Of a DNA stretch of 64,000 nucleotides, positions 39,163 through 49,546 are shown piece after piece. This DNA is from Candidatus Melainabacteria bacterium. Lineage in GTDB: Bacteria > Cyanobacteriota > Vampirovibrionia > Vampirovibrionales > Vampirovibrionaceae. Each line of letters starts with the position of its first letter. Within the stretch, counting starts at the first letter, position 1. Where the stretch lies: contig CABHPA010000167.1 of assembly GCA_902168245.1 (NCBI GenBank), positions 1,202 to 65,201 of the forward strand, in the 5' to 3' direction. The notes under the pieces were generated by a model that was given only the letters and a program-made list of their open reading frames with translations, was not told the origin of the DNA and searched no databases. The translations under genes were made by a program, and so were the position numbers.

Positions 39163-39476
39163 TACGCCCTCGGTATTTTTATAAATGCCTCAATAAACTC
39201 AAGCACGGCTTAAGACGCGCTTGAAAAACACACACACATTAAAAACAATTGCAAAAAATGAAGGTTTTGGAAAAAAATGCAAGAATAATACCATTATATA
39301 CTACTAACTCAAATTGGATATTTAATTTAGAAATCCTCGAAACAAGTCCAGATGTGTTGGTTCGTCTGCTTAATTCCCAAAGATATTCTGATTCGCATGG
39401 TTTTAAGCAATCGGCATAGCAGGATCGCTGGCAGGCATTTTTCTTGGAAAATCATCCCTCAATAACCAGTCAGTGC

Positions 39477-39959
39477 TTACACTGACGTCAAGGGTTTGGT
39501 CATGCAGCGGTAATGATCGGACTCAAAGCCGTTGCGCTGGTAAACCCGCATGGCCCGCTCGTTGTTCTGTTCCACGTACAGGCGCAATTCCGGCACATGC
39601 TGTTGCCGGGCGGCCTGCTCCAGGCAAGCCAGCAATTGCTCAAACCGGCCGTTTCCACGGTGTTCCAGCTGAATGTACAGGCTTTGGATCCACCAATACG
39701 GGGCGTTGTTCCAGTCGCTCCATTCCACGGTCGTCAGGGTGCAGGCAATCAGCGCCCCGGCTTGCTCAATCACCCAATACGTCCCCAGTGCAGGATTTTC
39801 AAACACGGCCTGAATCCCCGCGCTAAGCGTGTCGAAATCCAGCACCCGGCCTTCGCTTTCCAGGGCCATCGCCAGAATCAGACTGGCCAGCGCCCCGGCT
39901 TCCTCCGGCAAGGCTTTGCGAACCCGGAATTCAGTTTGGGGCGTCATCAATTTTTCCAT
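39477..39959 (-). CDS. GNAT family N-acetyltransferase
   Basis: acetyl-CoA binding motif QLEHRGNGRFEQLL, ..ELRLYVEQNNERAMRVYQRNGF. Confidence 0.85.
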   Translation of the reverse strand: MEKLMTPQTEFRVRKALPEEAGALASLILAMALESEGRVLDFDTLSAGIQAVFENPALGTYWVIEQAGALIACTLTTVEWSDWNNAPYWWIQSLYIQLEHRGNGRFEQLLACLEQAARQQHVPELRLYVEQNNERAMRVYQRNGFESDHYRCMTKPLTSV

Positions 39960-40039
39960 GCAGGGCTTCCAATATCTAGGGACACAAGCGTATTGTACAC
40001 CAAGCGCGGATGCTTGCCCCTGTCACAGGCTCATCATCC

Positions 40040-40082
40040 CATTTCGTTGAAAAGAAAAAGCCCCCGAACCAGCGGACAGGGC
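40040..40082 (-). terminator. possible terminator downstream of Y-family polymerase gene
   Basis: CGGACAG-GGC-CTGTCCG hairpin then (minus strand) GGGGGCTTTTTCTTTTC. Confidence 0.3.
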
Positions 40083-40151
40083 TGTCCGGCAGCTTAGGGG
40101 CATCGGCTGGGAATGTACGGAATAAACGCAAACGCGATGTGGCCGGTGCTG

Positions 40152-41465
40152 TTAGCCCTGAACCGGATGCACGAAACCCAGCAAGGGTCGCGGCGCATCC
40201 GCAGAAATCGCGGGGCATGCATTGGAGGCTTCCAGCCCGGCGGGCGACAAGGATTTTTTACGGGACAGCCAGGGTTTTTTCAGTCCTTCTGCGGCGTACT
40301 GCAAGGTACCCGGGCCGTGGGCGCGGTTAATGCGATCCAGGGTGTGCATGAGGGTTTGCAGGCGATTGACGTCCCGGGTCTCAAACAGGCTGATCTGTTT
40401 TTCAGCGGCTGGCGTCAGATCGGTCAGCAAAATGGCGACCTTGTAATACTGAAAGCCTTCCCGAAAAATGCGCCGGGCAATGCCCACCGCCTCTCGGATT
40501 AAATCGTGGGTGCAATCGGTGGGAACTGGCAAGGCCATTTCCCCGCTGGCGGAATAGCGGGATTCTCTGGGAATATGGCGGCTGGTTCGCATATAGACCG
40601 ACAAGTACCGGGTCGCCATGCCGTCTTCGCGTAGTTTCTCCGCCGCGCGGGCCGTAAAGTCGGAAACCGCCGCTTCCATCTGGCTCTGAGTCTCAATCAA
40701 GGTTCCAAAAGAGCGGGAATACATCACGCTTTTACGTTGGGGCACGGTCTCCCGAAGCGGAAAGCACGGGGTTCCCCGCAGCTCCAGCACGGTTTTCATT
40801 AACACCACGTTGAATTTTCGCATGATCCACTTGTCCGGCGCGTCCCTCAGGTCGCGGGCGGTCTGGATTTTGGCCGCCTTCAGGGTGGCGGAAAGTCGCC
40901 TGCCCACGCCCCAAACCCGTTCCACCGGAGTACGGGACAAGGCCATGTCCAGTTGCGGGGAATCATGCAGGTTCAGGATGCCGTCCAGCCGGGCCGTTTT
41001 TTTGGCGATGGCGTTGGCCAGCTTGGCCAGGGTCTTGGTGCGGGCAATGCCGATGGAGACAGGGATGCCGGTGGTTTGTCGAACCCCGGCCTTCAGCTCG
41101 CGGGCGAATTCCCGCAGCATGGCGGGCGGCACATGGTTCAGGCTCAGGAAGGATTCGTCGATGGAATAAAACTCCCGCAACCCGGAAAACGCGGCCAAGG
41201 CTTGCGCCACCTGGCTGGATTTGGCGCTGTACAGGGCAAAGTTGCCGGAAAACACCCGCACCTTGCGGCGCATCAATTCCGCGCGAATTTTGAAATAGGG
41301 CGCTCCCATCGGAATACCCAAGCGTTTGGCCTCGTCGGAGCGGGAAATAATGCAGCCATCGTTGTTAGAAAGCACCACCACCGGCTGGTTCTCCAGGGAG
41401 GAATCCACGGAACGCTCACAGGATACGAAAAAGTTATTGCAGTCCACTAGGGCAATAATCGACAT
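40152..41465 (-). CDS. Y-family DNA polymerase (UmuC-like, catalytic residues present)
   Basis: ALVDCNNFFVSCE, SIDESFLSL catalytic motifs; GGAGAC RBS; no umuD-like ORF adjacent. Confidence 0.85.
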   Translation of the reverse strand: MSIIALVDCNNFFVSCERSVDSSLENQPVVVLSNNDGCIISRSDEAKRLGIPMGAPYFKIRAELMRRKVRVFSGNFALYSAKSSQVAQALAAFSGLREFYSIDESFLSLNHVPPAMLREFARELKAGVRQTTGIPVSIGIARTKTLAKLANAIAKKTARLDGILNLHDSPQLDMALSRTPVERVWGVGRRLSATLKAAKIQTARDLRDAPDKWIMRKFNVVLMKTVLELRGTPCFPLRETVPQRKSVMYSRSFGTLIETQSQMEAAVSDFTARAAEKLREDGMATRYLSVYMRTSRHIPRESRYSASGEMALPVPTDCTHDLIREAVGIARRIFREGFQYYKVAILLTDLTPAAEKQISLFETRDVNRLQTLMHTLDRINRAHGPGTLQYAAEGLKKPWLSRKKSLSPAGLEASNACPAISADAPRPLLGFVHPVQG

Positions 41466-41830
41466 CGGCAGTCTCCTTATTACTTCAATTTCAGGTCGTA
41501 AAGCCAGCCCTCATCCGCTTCAAGCCAGGAAGGCCGTTTATTCGGTAGGCAGGTTGGTTGGTGGATTTGAATCCACGCGAAGGTAAGCGGCCCGTACGGG
41601 TTCGTAGCCGTTTCGCTGGTTGTCTGACTCGGCTTATCTTATTTCGTTCGTCTTACAGTGTTTCGCGCACTTGAAAGCCACCCGCTGGGTCGTTTTCGCC
41701 AACGGTGCATGCCAATTCCATGCTTATAATATCGAACATTTTTTCGACTTTCAAGCATCCATTTTAAAGCCTTGGCCTCAACCATAAAAAAACTTCGTAA
41801 ACGCCCTGAAAAAAGCCTGCTTATGGTATA

Positions 41831-42712
41831 TTGGGCTGCATCAGCTTACCAATGAGCAAGCCGAAAGCAAGTTCCCATCCAAATCGCGGCGGACCCACCA
41901 ACAGCATGACATCCCAGCCTACATCCCCAGAGAGTGAGAGCAAACGGGCCATTATCCTGGCCGGTGGGCAAGGCACCCGGCTCAAGCCCTATACCACCCT
42001 GTTTCCCAAGGCGCTGGTGCCGCTGGATGAAATGCCGGTGCTGGAACTGGTTATCCGCCAACTGAAATCCCACGGTTTTACCGAAATCACCCTGGCCGTG
42101 GGCCACTTGTGCGAGTTGATTGAAGCCTACTTTGGCGACGGTCGGAAATGGGGCGTTTCCATTACCTATGCGCGGGAAGACAAGCCGTTGGGAACCGCCG
42201 GGCCGCTGAAGGCCATGACCGACCTGCCGGAAAATTTCCTGGTCATGAATGCCGATATCGTTTCCGACATCAACTACCGGGAACTGTTCAACTTCCACTG
42301 CCGCGCACAGCAAAACCAGCCGGGCAACAATCTGGCGACCATTGCGGTGTACCGCCGTACGTCCAAAATTGACTTCGGGGTGCTGGAGTTCGACGGCGAA
42401 ACCCACCAGATCCAGAACTTCATTGAAAAACCCATGCTGGAACATTCGGTGAGCATGGGGATCTACATGTTCAATCGCCGGGTGTGCGATTTTATTCCCG
42501 AAGACACGTTCTTTGGGTTCGATTCCCTGATGAAAACCCTGATTCGGGAAGGGCAGAGCATTCGGGCTTACCCGTTCAACGGTTACTGGCTGGACATTGG
42601 GCGGGTGGACGATTACGAAACCGCCGTGACCGACTTCCAGAACATGCGCAACGTGCTGTTGCCCACCGAAGCCGCGGGCGGCGCTGCGTCCGTGGAGGCG
42701 GTGAAGCCTTGA
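41831..42712 (+). CDS. sugar-phosphate nucleotidyltransferase
   Basis: AIILAGGQGTRLKPYT..PLGTAGPL NTP_transferase motifs; start codon uncertain. Confidence 0.8.
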   Translation: MGCISLPMSKPKASSHPNRGGPTNSMTSQPTSPESESKRAIILAGGQGTRLKPYTTLFPKALVPLDEMPVLELVIRQLKSHGFTEITLAVGHLCELIEAYFGDGRKWGVSITYAREDKPLGTAGPLKAMTDLPENFLVMNADIVSDINYRELFNFHCRAQQNQPGNNLATIAVYRRTSKIDFGVLEFDGETHQIQNFIEKPMLEHSVSMGIYMFNRRVCDFIPEDTFFGFDSLMKTLIREGQSIRAYPFNGYWLDIGRVDDYETAVTDFQNMRNVLLPTEAAGGAASVEAVKP

Positions 42713-43665
42713 ACCGCAGGATTCTGGTCACCGGCAGCACCGGGTATATCGGCAAACATCTAGCCAGCCGGTTGGTTAAACTCCCGGATACCGATGTGTA
42801 TGGCTTTAACCGCACTTACGATGAGAAACTACCCGCCAATCAATGCCTGGAAGGCAACCTGCTGGATGCCGACCTGCAAAGCTGGCTGGGAAAGGTTCGC
42901 CCGGACGTGATTTTTCACGCCACCGGCACCAGCCCACGCTCCCCGTTCGACAACCAGTTACTGGTCAACGCCGAAGGCACCCGCCGATTGTTGCAAGCAC
43001 TGGTGGATAACGGCCTGAGGCCCAGGGTGGTAGTGGTGGGTTCTGCGGCGGAATATGGCCTGCGGGACGAGCCGGTAGATGAAAGCGCCGTTTGCATACC
43101 GGAAGGTGAATACGGCATCGCCAAGCTGGCCCAGACCCAGATTGCCCAAAGCTTTGCCCGCCGTTACGATTTGCCAGTGCTGGTGGGGCGGGTATTTAAC
43201 GTATACGGGGAATCCGAGCGGCATCTGGCGGTGGCTTCCATGGCCAGCCAGATTGTGCAGGCCGAGATTATCCAACCGCTGCCCGCAGAATTGCATGCCT
43301 ATAACCTGCGCAGCTCCCGCGATTTCATCCACATTGACGATGTGGTGGAAGCATTGCTGGCCCTTTCCGAGAAACTGAGCTACCTGGAAACCAGCGGGCA
43401 GGTGTATAACATCGCTTCCGGGCAAACCACCGCCGTCAGCACCGTGCTGGAGCTGTTGCTGGGTAATTCCCGCCTGGGCCGGGAAGATCTGAAAAAAGTG
43501 GAATTGCGCCTGCACGGCATCCAGAAGGAAGACATCAGTTGGGCGGATATCGGCAAAATTCGTCAACACACTGGCTGGACGCCCAAAGTTTCCCTGACGG
43601 ACGGTATGCGGCGAGAAATGGACTATTGGCGCGCGAACATCGGGGAAGCGCTCCCGGTAGGCTGA
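42709..43665 (+). CDS. NAD-dependent epimerase/dehydratase family protein
   Basis: ILVTGSTGYIGKHL Rossmann motif; start taken at TTG 42709 overlapping upstream stop (track ORF extends further 5' in a non-protein-like stretch). Confidence 0.75.
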   Translation: MNRRILVTGSTGYIGKHLASRLVKLPDTDVYGFNRTYDEKLPANQCLEGNLLDADLQSWLGKVRPDVIFHATGTSPRSPFDNQLLVNAEGTRRLLQALVDNGLRPRVVVVGSAAEYGLRDEPVDESAVCIPEGEYGIAKLAQTQIAQSFARRYDLPVLVGRVFNVYGESERHLAVASMASQIVQAEIIQPLPAELHAYNLRSSRDFIHIDDVVEALLALSEKLSYLETSGQVYNIASGQTTAVSTVLELLLGNSRLGREDLKKVELRLHGIQKEDISWADIGKIRQHTGWTPKVSLTDGMRREMDYWRANIGEALPVG

Positions 43666-43696
43666 CTGGTCGATGCTTTGAAGGAATGGCAATAAG

Positions 43697-44719
43697 GTGA
43701 ATTCAAATAAAGAAATTGATTTAACGAACCAAACTGTCCTGGTGACAGGCGCGGGTGGCTTTATTGGCAGTCACCTGACGGAAGCCCTGGTGGCCAAAGG
43801 CTGCAAGGTGCGGGCGCTGGTGAAATACAACGCCCGAAACGATTGGGGCCATCTGGAATCGCTGCCCAGGGAGATTCAATCCCAACTGGAAATCCTCTCT
43901 GGCGATATTACCGACCCGTTTTTCGTGCGCAAGGCCGTCGCCGGTTGCCATACGGTGTTCCACCTGGCCGCACTGATCGGGATTCCCTATTCTTACATTG
44001 CGCCGCAGCATTATGTACAGGTGAACGTGCAAGGCACACTGAACGTGCTGGAAGCCTGTCGCTGGGAAAGCGTGGAGAAAATGGTGCATACCTCCACCAG
44101 CGAAACCTACGGCACCGCCCGATATACCCCCATTGACGAAGCGCACCCGTTGCAAGGCCAGTCGCCGTATTCGGCCAGCAAAATCGGCGCGGATAAAATG
44201 GCCGAAAGCTACCATTTGTCCTTCGACTTGCCGGTGTCGACCATCCGACCTTTCAACACATTTGGCCCTCGCCAGTCGGCGCGGGCGATTATTCCCACTA
44301 TCATTAGCCAAGCGCTGAGTTACCCGAAAACCGGCGAGCCGATTCGGCTGGGTTCGCTCAGCCCGGTGCGGGATTTTACATTCGTGAAGGACACCGCCCA
44401 AGGCTTTATTCGGATGGCGGAATGCAAGGCCAGCGTGGGCGAAGTGATCAACATCGGCTCCGGGCAGGCCCAGACCATTGGGGATACCCTGAAGCTGATC
44501 CTGGAAATCATCGGCCAGCCGGATTTACCGATAGTAACCGAAGAACAACGGATTCGCCCCGAAAAAAGCGAAGTGGGCCTGTTGCTGGCGAACACGGAAA
44601 AAGCCCGCGAATTGCTGAACTGGGAACCTCGCTATACTTTCCGCGAGGGCTTGGCCCTGACCGTGGAAGCCATTGAGCAATCCCTCGGCCAATACAAAAC
44701 AGGCATTTACAACGTTTAA
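43697..44719 (+). CDS. nucleotide-sugar 4,6-dehydratase-like extended SDR
   Basis: VLVTGAGGFIGSHL, SPYSASKIGADKMAES (YxxxK) motifs; GTG start. Confidence 0.85.
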   Translation: MNSNKEIDLTNQTVLVTGAGGFIGSHLTEALVAKGCKVRALVKYNARNDWGHLESLPREIQSQLEILSGDITDPFFVRKAVAGCHTVFHLAALIGIPYSYIAPQHYVQVNVQGTLNVLEACRWESVEKMVHTSTSETYGTARYTPIDEAHPLQGQSPYSASKIGADKMAESYHLSFDLPVSTIRPFNTFGPRQSARAIIPTIISQALSYPKTGEPIRLGSLSPVRDFTFVKDTAQGFIRMAECKASVGEVINIGSGQAQTIGDTLKLILEIIGQPDLPIVTEEQRIRPEKSEVGLLLANTEKARELLNWEPRYTFREGLALTVEAIEQSLGQYKTGIYNV

Positions 44720-44767
44720 TCGCCTGCTCCGGTCTGCTTTGTAACGCCCGCCCTCGTTTAGCGGCGC

Positions 44768-46069
44768 CTAAAATACCCGAATCATCGGGGTGCGCATCAC
44801 GTTTTCAATTTCCTGGCGGGAAGAATCCAGCATTTGCTGCACGACCGTATGGTTCACCAGAATGCCCAGGTAATCGGCCCCATCGGCGGCATCCAGCAGG
44901 GTTTGGCCCTGGTATTCCTCCAGCAACGGGTCGTAAGTCACCACATCCAGCCCTTGTTCCTGAAGGAGTTCCACAATGCGCATAGCCGGGCTTTCGCGGG
45001 TATCGCCCACATCCGGCTTGTAAGAAAGGCCCACCAGGCAAATGCGAGGCTTTACAATGCCTTTGAGTTCCCGCAGGATTTTTTGCACCGTGTAGTCCGG
45101 CATGCGGTCGTTCACCTTGCGAGAGGTGGCAATGAGCCGAGTATTGATGGGGGAGGCTTCCACAAAGAACCAGGGGTCCACCGCAATGCAGTGTCCGCCC
45201 ACCCCAATGCCGGGCTTGAGCAGGTTTACGCGGGGGTGCATATTGATCAGCTCGCGGGCTTCCGCCATAGGAACCCCATATTCGTCCGCCAGAATGGATA
45301 ATTCATTGGCCAGGGCGATGTTCACGTCCCGGTAAGTGTTCTCGGCCAGCTTGCAGAACTCGGCGGTGACATCGTCCGTAATGAACAAATCGCCTTTCAT
45401 CACACGGCCCAGCAGTGCTTTACCCAGAATGGCCGCAGCGGGGGTCGTGCCGCCGATGACCCGATGGTTATAAATCAGCTCGTGCGTGGTATTTCCAGGC
45501 AATACGCGCTCCGGGGAAAAGCATAAAAAGATATCCTCGCCCACTTTCAAGCCGGTATGCTCCTCAATGAGAGGTTTCAGCAAACGGCGGGTGGTTCCCG
45601 GCGGCACGGTGGATTCCAGAATCACCAGATTGTTCTTACGTATCACCGGCAGAATGGATTCCGTCGCCGTGCGCACCATGGACAAGTCGCAGGTTTTTTC
45701 CATCGTGTGAACCGGGGTCGGCACCGTAATCAGGAACACATCCGCCGGTTCCGCCTGCCTGGAAGCACTAAAGCTTGCCTTGTCCTTCACCTCGGCCCAC
45801 CAGCCGCCCAATTCTGGGTAGACTTCCCCCACCCTGGACTGGGCGATGTTGTCCAGCACCCGTTCGCTGACATCCACACCCTGCACGGCATAGCCGTTCA
45901 TGGCGAACAACAGGGCGGTAGGCAATCCTACATACCCCAATCCCACCACGCAAATGCGCTGGTAAGAGAGCGCAAGCGCCTCCAGCCGACGGGCGGTTTC
46001 GGCATCCGGCTTTTCGGTGGCGGTCTGGCTGTTCAGCAAGCCCGTTTCGATCATGATTGGAGAGTCCAT
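44768..46069 (-). CDS. nucleotide-sugar dehydrogenase (UDP-glucose/UDP-ManNAc dehydrogenase family)
   Basis: ICVVGLGYVGLPTALLFA NAD-binding motif and UDPG_MGDP_dh domains. Confidence 0.85.
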   Translation of the reverse strand: MDSPIMIETGLLNSQTATEKPDAETARRLEALALSYQRICVVGLGYVGLPTALLFAMNGYAVQGVDVSERVLDNIAQSRVGEVYPELGGWWAEVKDKASFSASRQAEPADVFLITVPTPVHTMEKTCDLSMVRTATESILPVIRKNNLVILESTVPPGTTRRLLKPLIEEHTGLKVGEDIFLCFSPERVLPGNTTHELIYNHRVIGGTTPAAAILGKALLGRVMKGDLFITDDVTAEFCKLAENTYRDVNIALANELSILADEYGVPMAEARELINMHPRVNLLKPGIGVGGHCIAVDPWFFVEASPINTRLIATSRKVNDRMPDYTVQKILRELKGIVKPRICLVGLSYKPDVGDTRESPAMRIVELLQEQGLDVVTYDPLLEEYQGQTLLDAADGADYLGILVNHTVVQQMLDSSRQEIENVMRTPMIRVF

Positions 46070-46083
46070 CCTGCCATTATAGA

Positions 46084-47439
46084 CTAAAGATCTCTGGAAA
46101 CCAGCACCGGCATTTTGTAGGCCAGACGCCCCACCAGTTGATCGTACATGGCAATCAAATCTTCCGAGGAGCGCTGCCAGTTATAACGCTCCACCACGGC
46201 CCGATGTCCGCTGAGAGCCATTTCCCGGCGCAAGTCCGAACGGTGGTGCATCATGCGGATCAGGTTGGCCAGCATGGCCGCATCGCCGGACTGGAACACC
46301 AAGCCGCCCTTGGTGTCTTCCACGTAACGCTGAAGCGGCGCCGCGTTGCTGACGATAATCGGCTTTTTAAACAGGTGGTACAGGTACACCTTGTTGGGAA
46401 AGGTCGCGTTGGTGTGATCGTTGACGATATGCGGGCATAGGCATATGTCGCTGGCCTCAATGTAGGTGACGAACTGGGTTTCATCCAGCCAGCCCGTAAA
46501 ATGCACCCGATCCTGTAAGCCAGCCTGCTCAATCATGCCGTCCAGCAGCTTGCGGTAGGGTTCCCGCATGGCGCCCGCCCCAATAAAATGCAAATCGGGA
46601 ATTTCGTCCTTCAGCAGGGCCATGGCTTCAATCACGGTCTGGATGCCCCGGTGGGTGTCGTTCAAGTGACCCACGTAGGTCAGCACGAAATTGGGCCTGA
46701 AACGGCGCACCAGTTCCTGATCCACCGGCGCGGCCAGGAATTTTTCCATATCCACGGTGTTTTCCAGCACCAGCACTTTTTCCGGCGGGACGCCCTTGGC
46801 CATCAGGCGATCCTTGGCCTCATCGGCCACCGTAATTACGCGGGCAGCCTTCTGCACCGATTCCGCCTCGATTTTTTCCCAGCGTTCCCGCTGCTCCTGC
46901 CCACGCTCAGGGTTGTTACGCCCTTTCATCATCTGCATCAGGGCCGGGTAATTCTCGTGCAAATCGGCCACCAGGGGCAAATCGTAACGAGCGGAGACAT
47001 TCAGGCCGGTATCCACCAACCGCAAATCGTGGACATGCAGGATGTGGATGCCATAATCCCGCACAAAACGGTGGATGAGGGTATGCCAGGCCGTGTCGAT
47101 ATTTTTGAAATGATGGAAGTAATTCTTGATAAAGCCCTTGTAAAGGAAACGGGATTGAATGCCCAGCAAGGGAATCCGGATGCTGACCTCGTTCGGATCA
47201 ACCCGATGGATATAAATACCCCGGTAGGCTTCTTCCCGCAATTCGTTTTTTTTCAGCTGGTCTGGCGGGCTTACGGCGCAGAGCAAATGGACTTCGTAAC
47301 CGGCTTCCACCAGGGCCACGGCTTCGCGCTCCACTCGCGCATCCGGCGGAAAGGGCTGATCCAGCACCATGCCGATTCTGATTTTGCGGGTAGAGTCTTT
47401 CACAATAACTGATGGCGGGCGATTACCGACTGATAGCAT
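46084..47439 (-). CDS. glycosyltransferase family 4 (start probably downstream of track start, for example ATG 47370)
   Basis: GT-B fold, C-terminal GT1 motifs; 40 nt overlap with next GT if track start used. Confidence 0.8.
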   Translation of the reverse strand: MLSVGNRPPSVIVKDSTRKIRIGMVLDQPFPPDARVEREAVALVEAGYEVHLLCAVSPPDQLKKNELREEAYRGIYIHRVDPNEVSIRIPLLGIQSRFLYKGFIKNYFHHFKNIDTAWHTLIHRFVRDYGIHILHVHDLRLVDTGLNVSARYDLPLVADLHENYPALMQMMKGRNNPERGQEQRERWEKIEAESVQKAARVITVADEAKDRLMAKGVPPEKVLVLENTVDMEKFLAAPVDQELVRRFRPNFVLTYVGHLNDTHRGIQTVIEAMALLKDEIPDLHFIGAGAMREPYRKLLDGMIEQAGLQDRVHFTGWLDETQFVTYIEASDICLCPHIVNDHTNATFPNKVYLYHLFKKPIIVSNAAPLQRYVEDTKGGLVFQSGDAAMLANLIRMMHHRSDLRREMALSGHRAVVERYNWQRSSEDLIAMYDQLVGRLAYKMPVLVSRDL

Positions 47440-48647
47440 TCATTCAGCATCCTGACTTGAGTTTCAATGTTAAACCGTTCGTGAACCATTCGTCTAGCGT
47501 TTTGTCGAATTGTTTCCAGTTTCCAGAAGGCGACCATCACTTCCTCAATCAACCCGGCCAGGGCGTAAACATCGCCGGGCGGGTACATCAGGCCGGTCAT
47601 GCCCTGATCGATGATTTCGGGAATACCGCCCGATTCCGAGGCAATGCACGGCACCCCGTTTGCCATGGCTTCAATCACCACCCGCCCGAACGGTTCGTTG
47701 ACGGAGGGCACCACCAGTACATCCAGTACTTCGTAGAGCGACTTTAGGTCATTCCGGTAGCCCAAAAACCGAACGGTGTGGCCCAATCGCCCCCGCTCGA
47801 TCATGTCCCGAATCCGGGCCTCATACGCCTGATCCACAAAGTTGCCCGCCACCAGCAGTTCGGCGTACACGCCCCGGTTTTGAAGCTGGGTGAAGGCTTC
47901 CAGCAATTCGTGGAAGCCCTTGCCCACCGAGAGGCGGCCAATGTAGCCAATGCGAAAGGTCTTGATTTCAGGCAGGCCCAACCCATGAAGGGAAAGCGCC
48001 CGCAGGATGTCCCGCTGGGGATCGTTGAGTTTGAATAGCACCTGGTCCTCGCTCGCCGGCTCCAGCTCCAGGGCGTTGTACACCAGTTGGTACTTGTGGG
48101 GATCATCCGCCACGAAATGCCCGAACTGTTTACGCACCGCTTCAGAAATGCAGATGACTTCATCCGAAAACCGATCGATAAACCAGCGGCTGAAGCGACG
48201 GCCCAAGGTGAGGTTGAACTTGGGGCTTGTTTCCATGAAAAGCTCCCGAATATGCCAGATGTGCGGGATGCCCGCAATGGCCGCCGCCAACGCACCCTCC
48301 AGGGAAACCGTGGAATTGGTGTGCACCACGTTTATTTTTTCCCGCCGGATGGTATTGTACAGGTACAAAGTCCGTGGAACCACGGTGGCCATCAGGTTCA
48401 GGCAGTCTCCCACCCGTTGCAGCCAGGTGCGGGGATCGTGCTTAACCCATTGCAGCCGCTTGTGGGAAAGCACCAGGGTATTGGGATACTGCTCCAGCAA
48501 GTTCCGCAGGGGGCCGGGCCGCGCGATGGAAACAAAGCACTGGTACCGCTCCCTGGGCAGATGCTTGATCATCAGGTTCAGGCTTTGCTGGGAGCCGTAA
48601 AGATCCCCATCATGGCAAATATATAAAATCCGTATCGGCAGTCCCAT
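47400..48647 (-). CDS. glycosyltransferase family 4
   Basis: VPSVNEPFGRVVIEAMANGVPCIASESGGIPEII GT4 motif. Confidence 0.85.
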   Translation of the reverse strand: MGLPIRILYICHDGDLYGSQQSLNLMIKHLPRERYQCFVSIARPGPLRNLLEQYPNTLVLSHKRLQWVKHDPRTWLQRVGDCLNLMATVVPRTLYLYNTIRREKINVVHTNSTVSLEGALAAAIAGIPHIWHIRELFMETSPKFNLTLGRRFSRWFIDRFSDEVICISEAVRKQFGHFVADDPHKYQLVYNALELEPASEDQVLFKLNDPQRDILRALSLHGLGLPEIKTFRIGYIGRLSVGKGFHELLEAFTQLQNRGVYAELLVAGNFVDQAYEARIRDMIERGRLGHTVRFLGYRNDLKSLYEVLDVLVVPSVNEPFGRVVIEAMANGVPCIASESGGIPEIIDQGMTGLMYPPGDVYALAGLIEEVMVAFWKLETIRQNARRMVHERFNIETQVRMLNECYQSVIARHQLL

Positions 48648-48742
48648 GCTTTCGCCTGAAATTCAACGCGTAAAAATCAATACCGTTCACTGTTTTTTTA
48701 ATGCTTCTATCATCTACAAAACCACGCAGGAGGGTCAATCAA

Positions 48743-48814
48743 ATGCAGTATCTTTATAAATTCTTTAGGGCGAACAGCCTACGGAACGTTCCTTTTTGCG
48801 GCTGGCTTTGCTAA
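48743..48814 (+). CDS. candidate small ORF (23 aa, MQYLYKFFRANSLRNVPFCGWLC)
   Basis: perfect AGGAGG RBS 8 nt upstream of ATG inside otherwise ORF-free region; not supported by homology. Confidence 0.2.
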   Translation: MQYLYKFFRANSLRNVPFCGWLC

Positions 48815-49163
48815 AATAATCGGTAAGGCAATTGCTCTTAGTGGATAAAGCGAACTAAACTGAGTCCATGATAACGAACCTTGGGGAAGGATGTAATTTA
48901 CCCCCGGGGCTTTAAAGTGAGATCGCAGGGTAGTCTAGCCTATTTGGATAGAGTAGCAGGTTAGCGAATATAATTGAATAGGGATCAATTGTGGTACAAG
49001 GTGACCTTTTCCAGCAAGTGAAACAACTGACGCGTATCAGGCCGCTATCTCGTTTTCAACGGGGATTTGCCAGGGTGAAGGGTGCATTTTCCGATTTTCT
49101 GTACCTGTTCTTCCTCTAGCTTTTTCCGGTATAAAACCAGATACAGGAACAATGAGATAAGCC

Positions 49164-49194
49164 TGCTAAATTGGTATAGAACCTAAATTTAGCA
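49164..49194. promoter_or_regulatory. 9-bp-arm inverted repeat TGCTAAATT-N13-AATTTAGCA in ORF-free region
   Basis: seen directly; AT-rich stem so more likely protein-binding site or RNA hairpin than terminator. Confidence 0.25.
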
Positions 49195-49546
49195 AGCTTT
49201 AATCAAGTATGGCCGCAATCCGGGGCATTTCAACCCGGTTACGGATCAGCCTGAAAAATCGAATATTTTTTCTATTTTTGGGGAACCTTTATCCTCGAAT
49301 TTCGACCATATTCTTATCCACTATGCAAGAGGGTTAGGTTAGGCAATCACAACAGTCGCACTGCTCATATATCAGGCCCGGGATTCATCAATCTTTTGGG
49401 AACGTTGCATGCTGGGTTAAACCTGTTTTTACCTCCACCTGATTAAGGTCTGATCCATCGTCCGAACTTTTGGCGATTGATAACGCAACCGATCTGCCTC
49501 ATCAGGCAACTTTCAAAGTTGGAATTCAAAACGTCATGAAAGCGGA

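Noticed and set aside
41566-41590. Possible tRNA T-arm/acceptor (GTGGATTCAAATCCACCA on minus strand)
   Set aside because: No 7-bp acceptor stem or other arms; scored as a palindrome instead.
42484-42708. 5' extension of the epimerase ORF (track start 42484)
   Set aside because: Extension translates to Arg/Gly-rich non-protein-like sequence and overlaps the upstream gene; TTG at 42709 overlapping the stop is the more plausible start.
41846-44401. Minus-strand ORFs 41846..42445, 42958..43692, 43721..44401 opposite the nucleotide-sugar genes
   Set aside because: Antisense to genes with Rossmann/NTP-transferase motifs.
49075-49130. tRNA-like or RNase P-like fragments (TCTAGCCTATTTGGATAGAG; AGGGTGAAGGGTGC) in the ORF-free region
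   Set aside because: Could not fold a complete cloverleaf (no anticodon stem complement), and the RNase P P4/other conserved blocks are absent. Left only as a note that the region should be scanned with covariance models.
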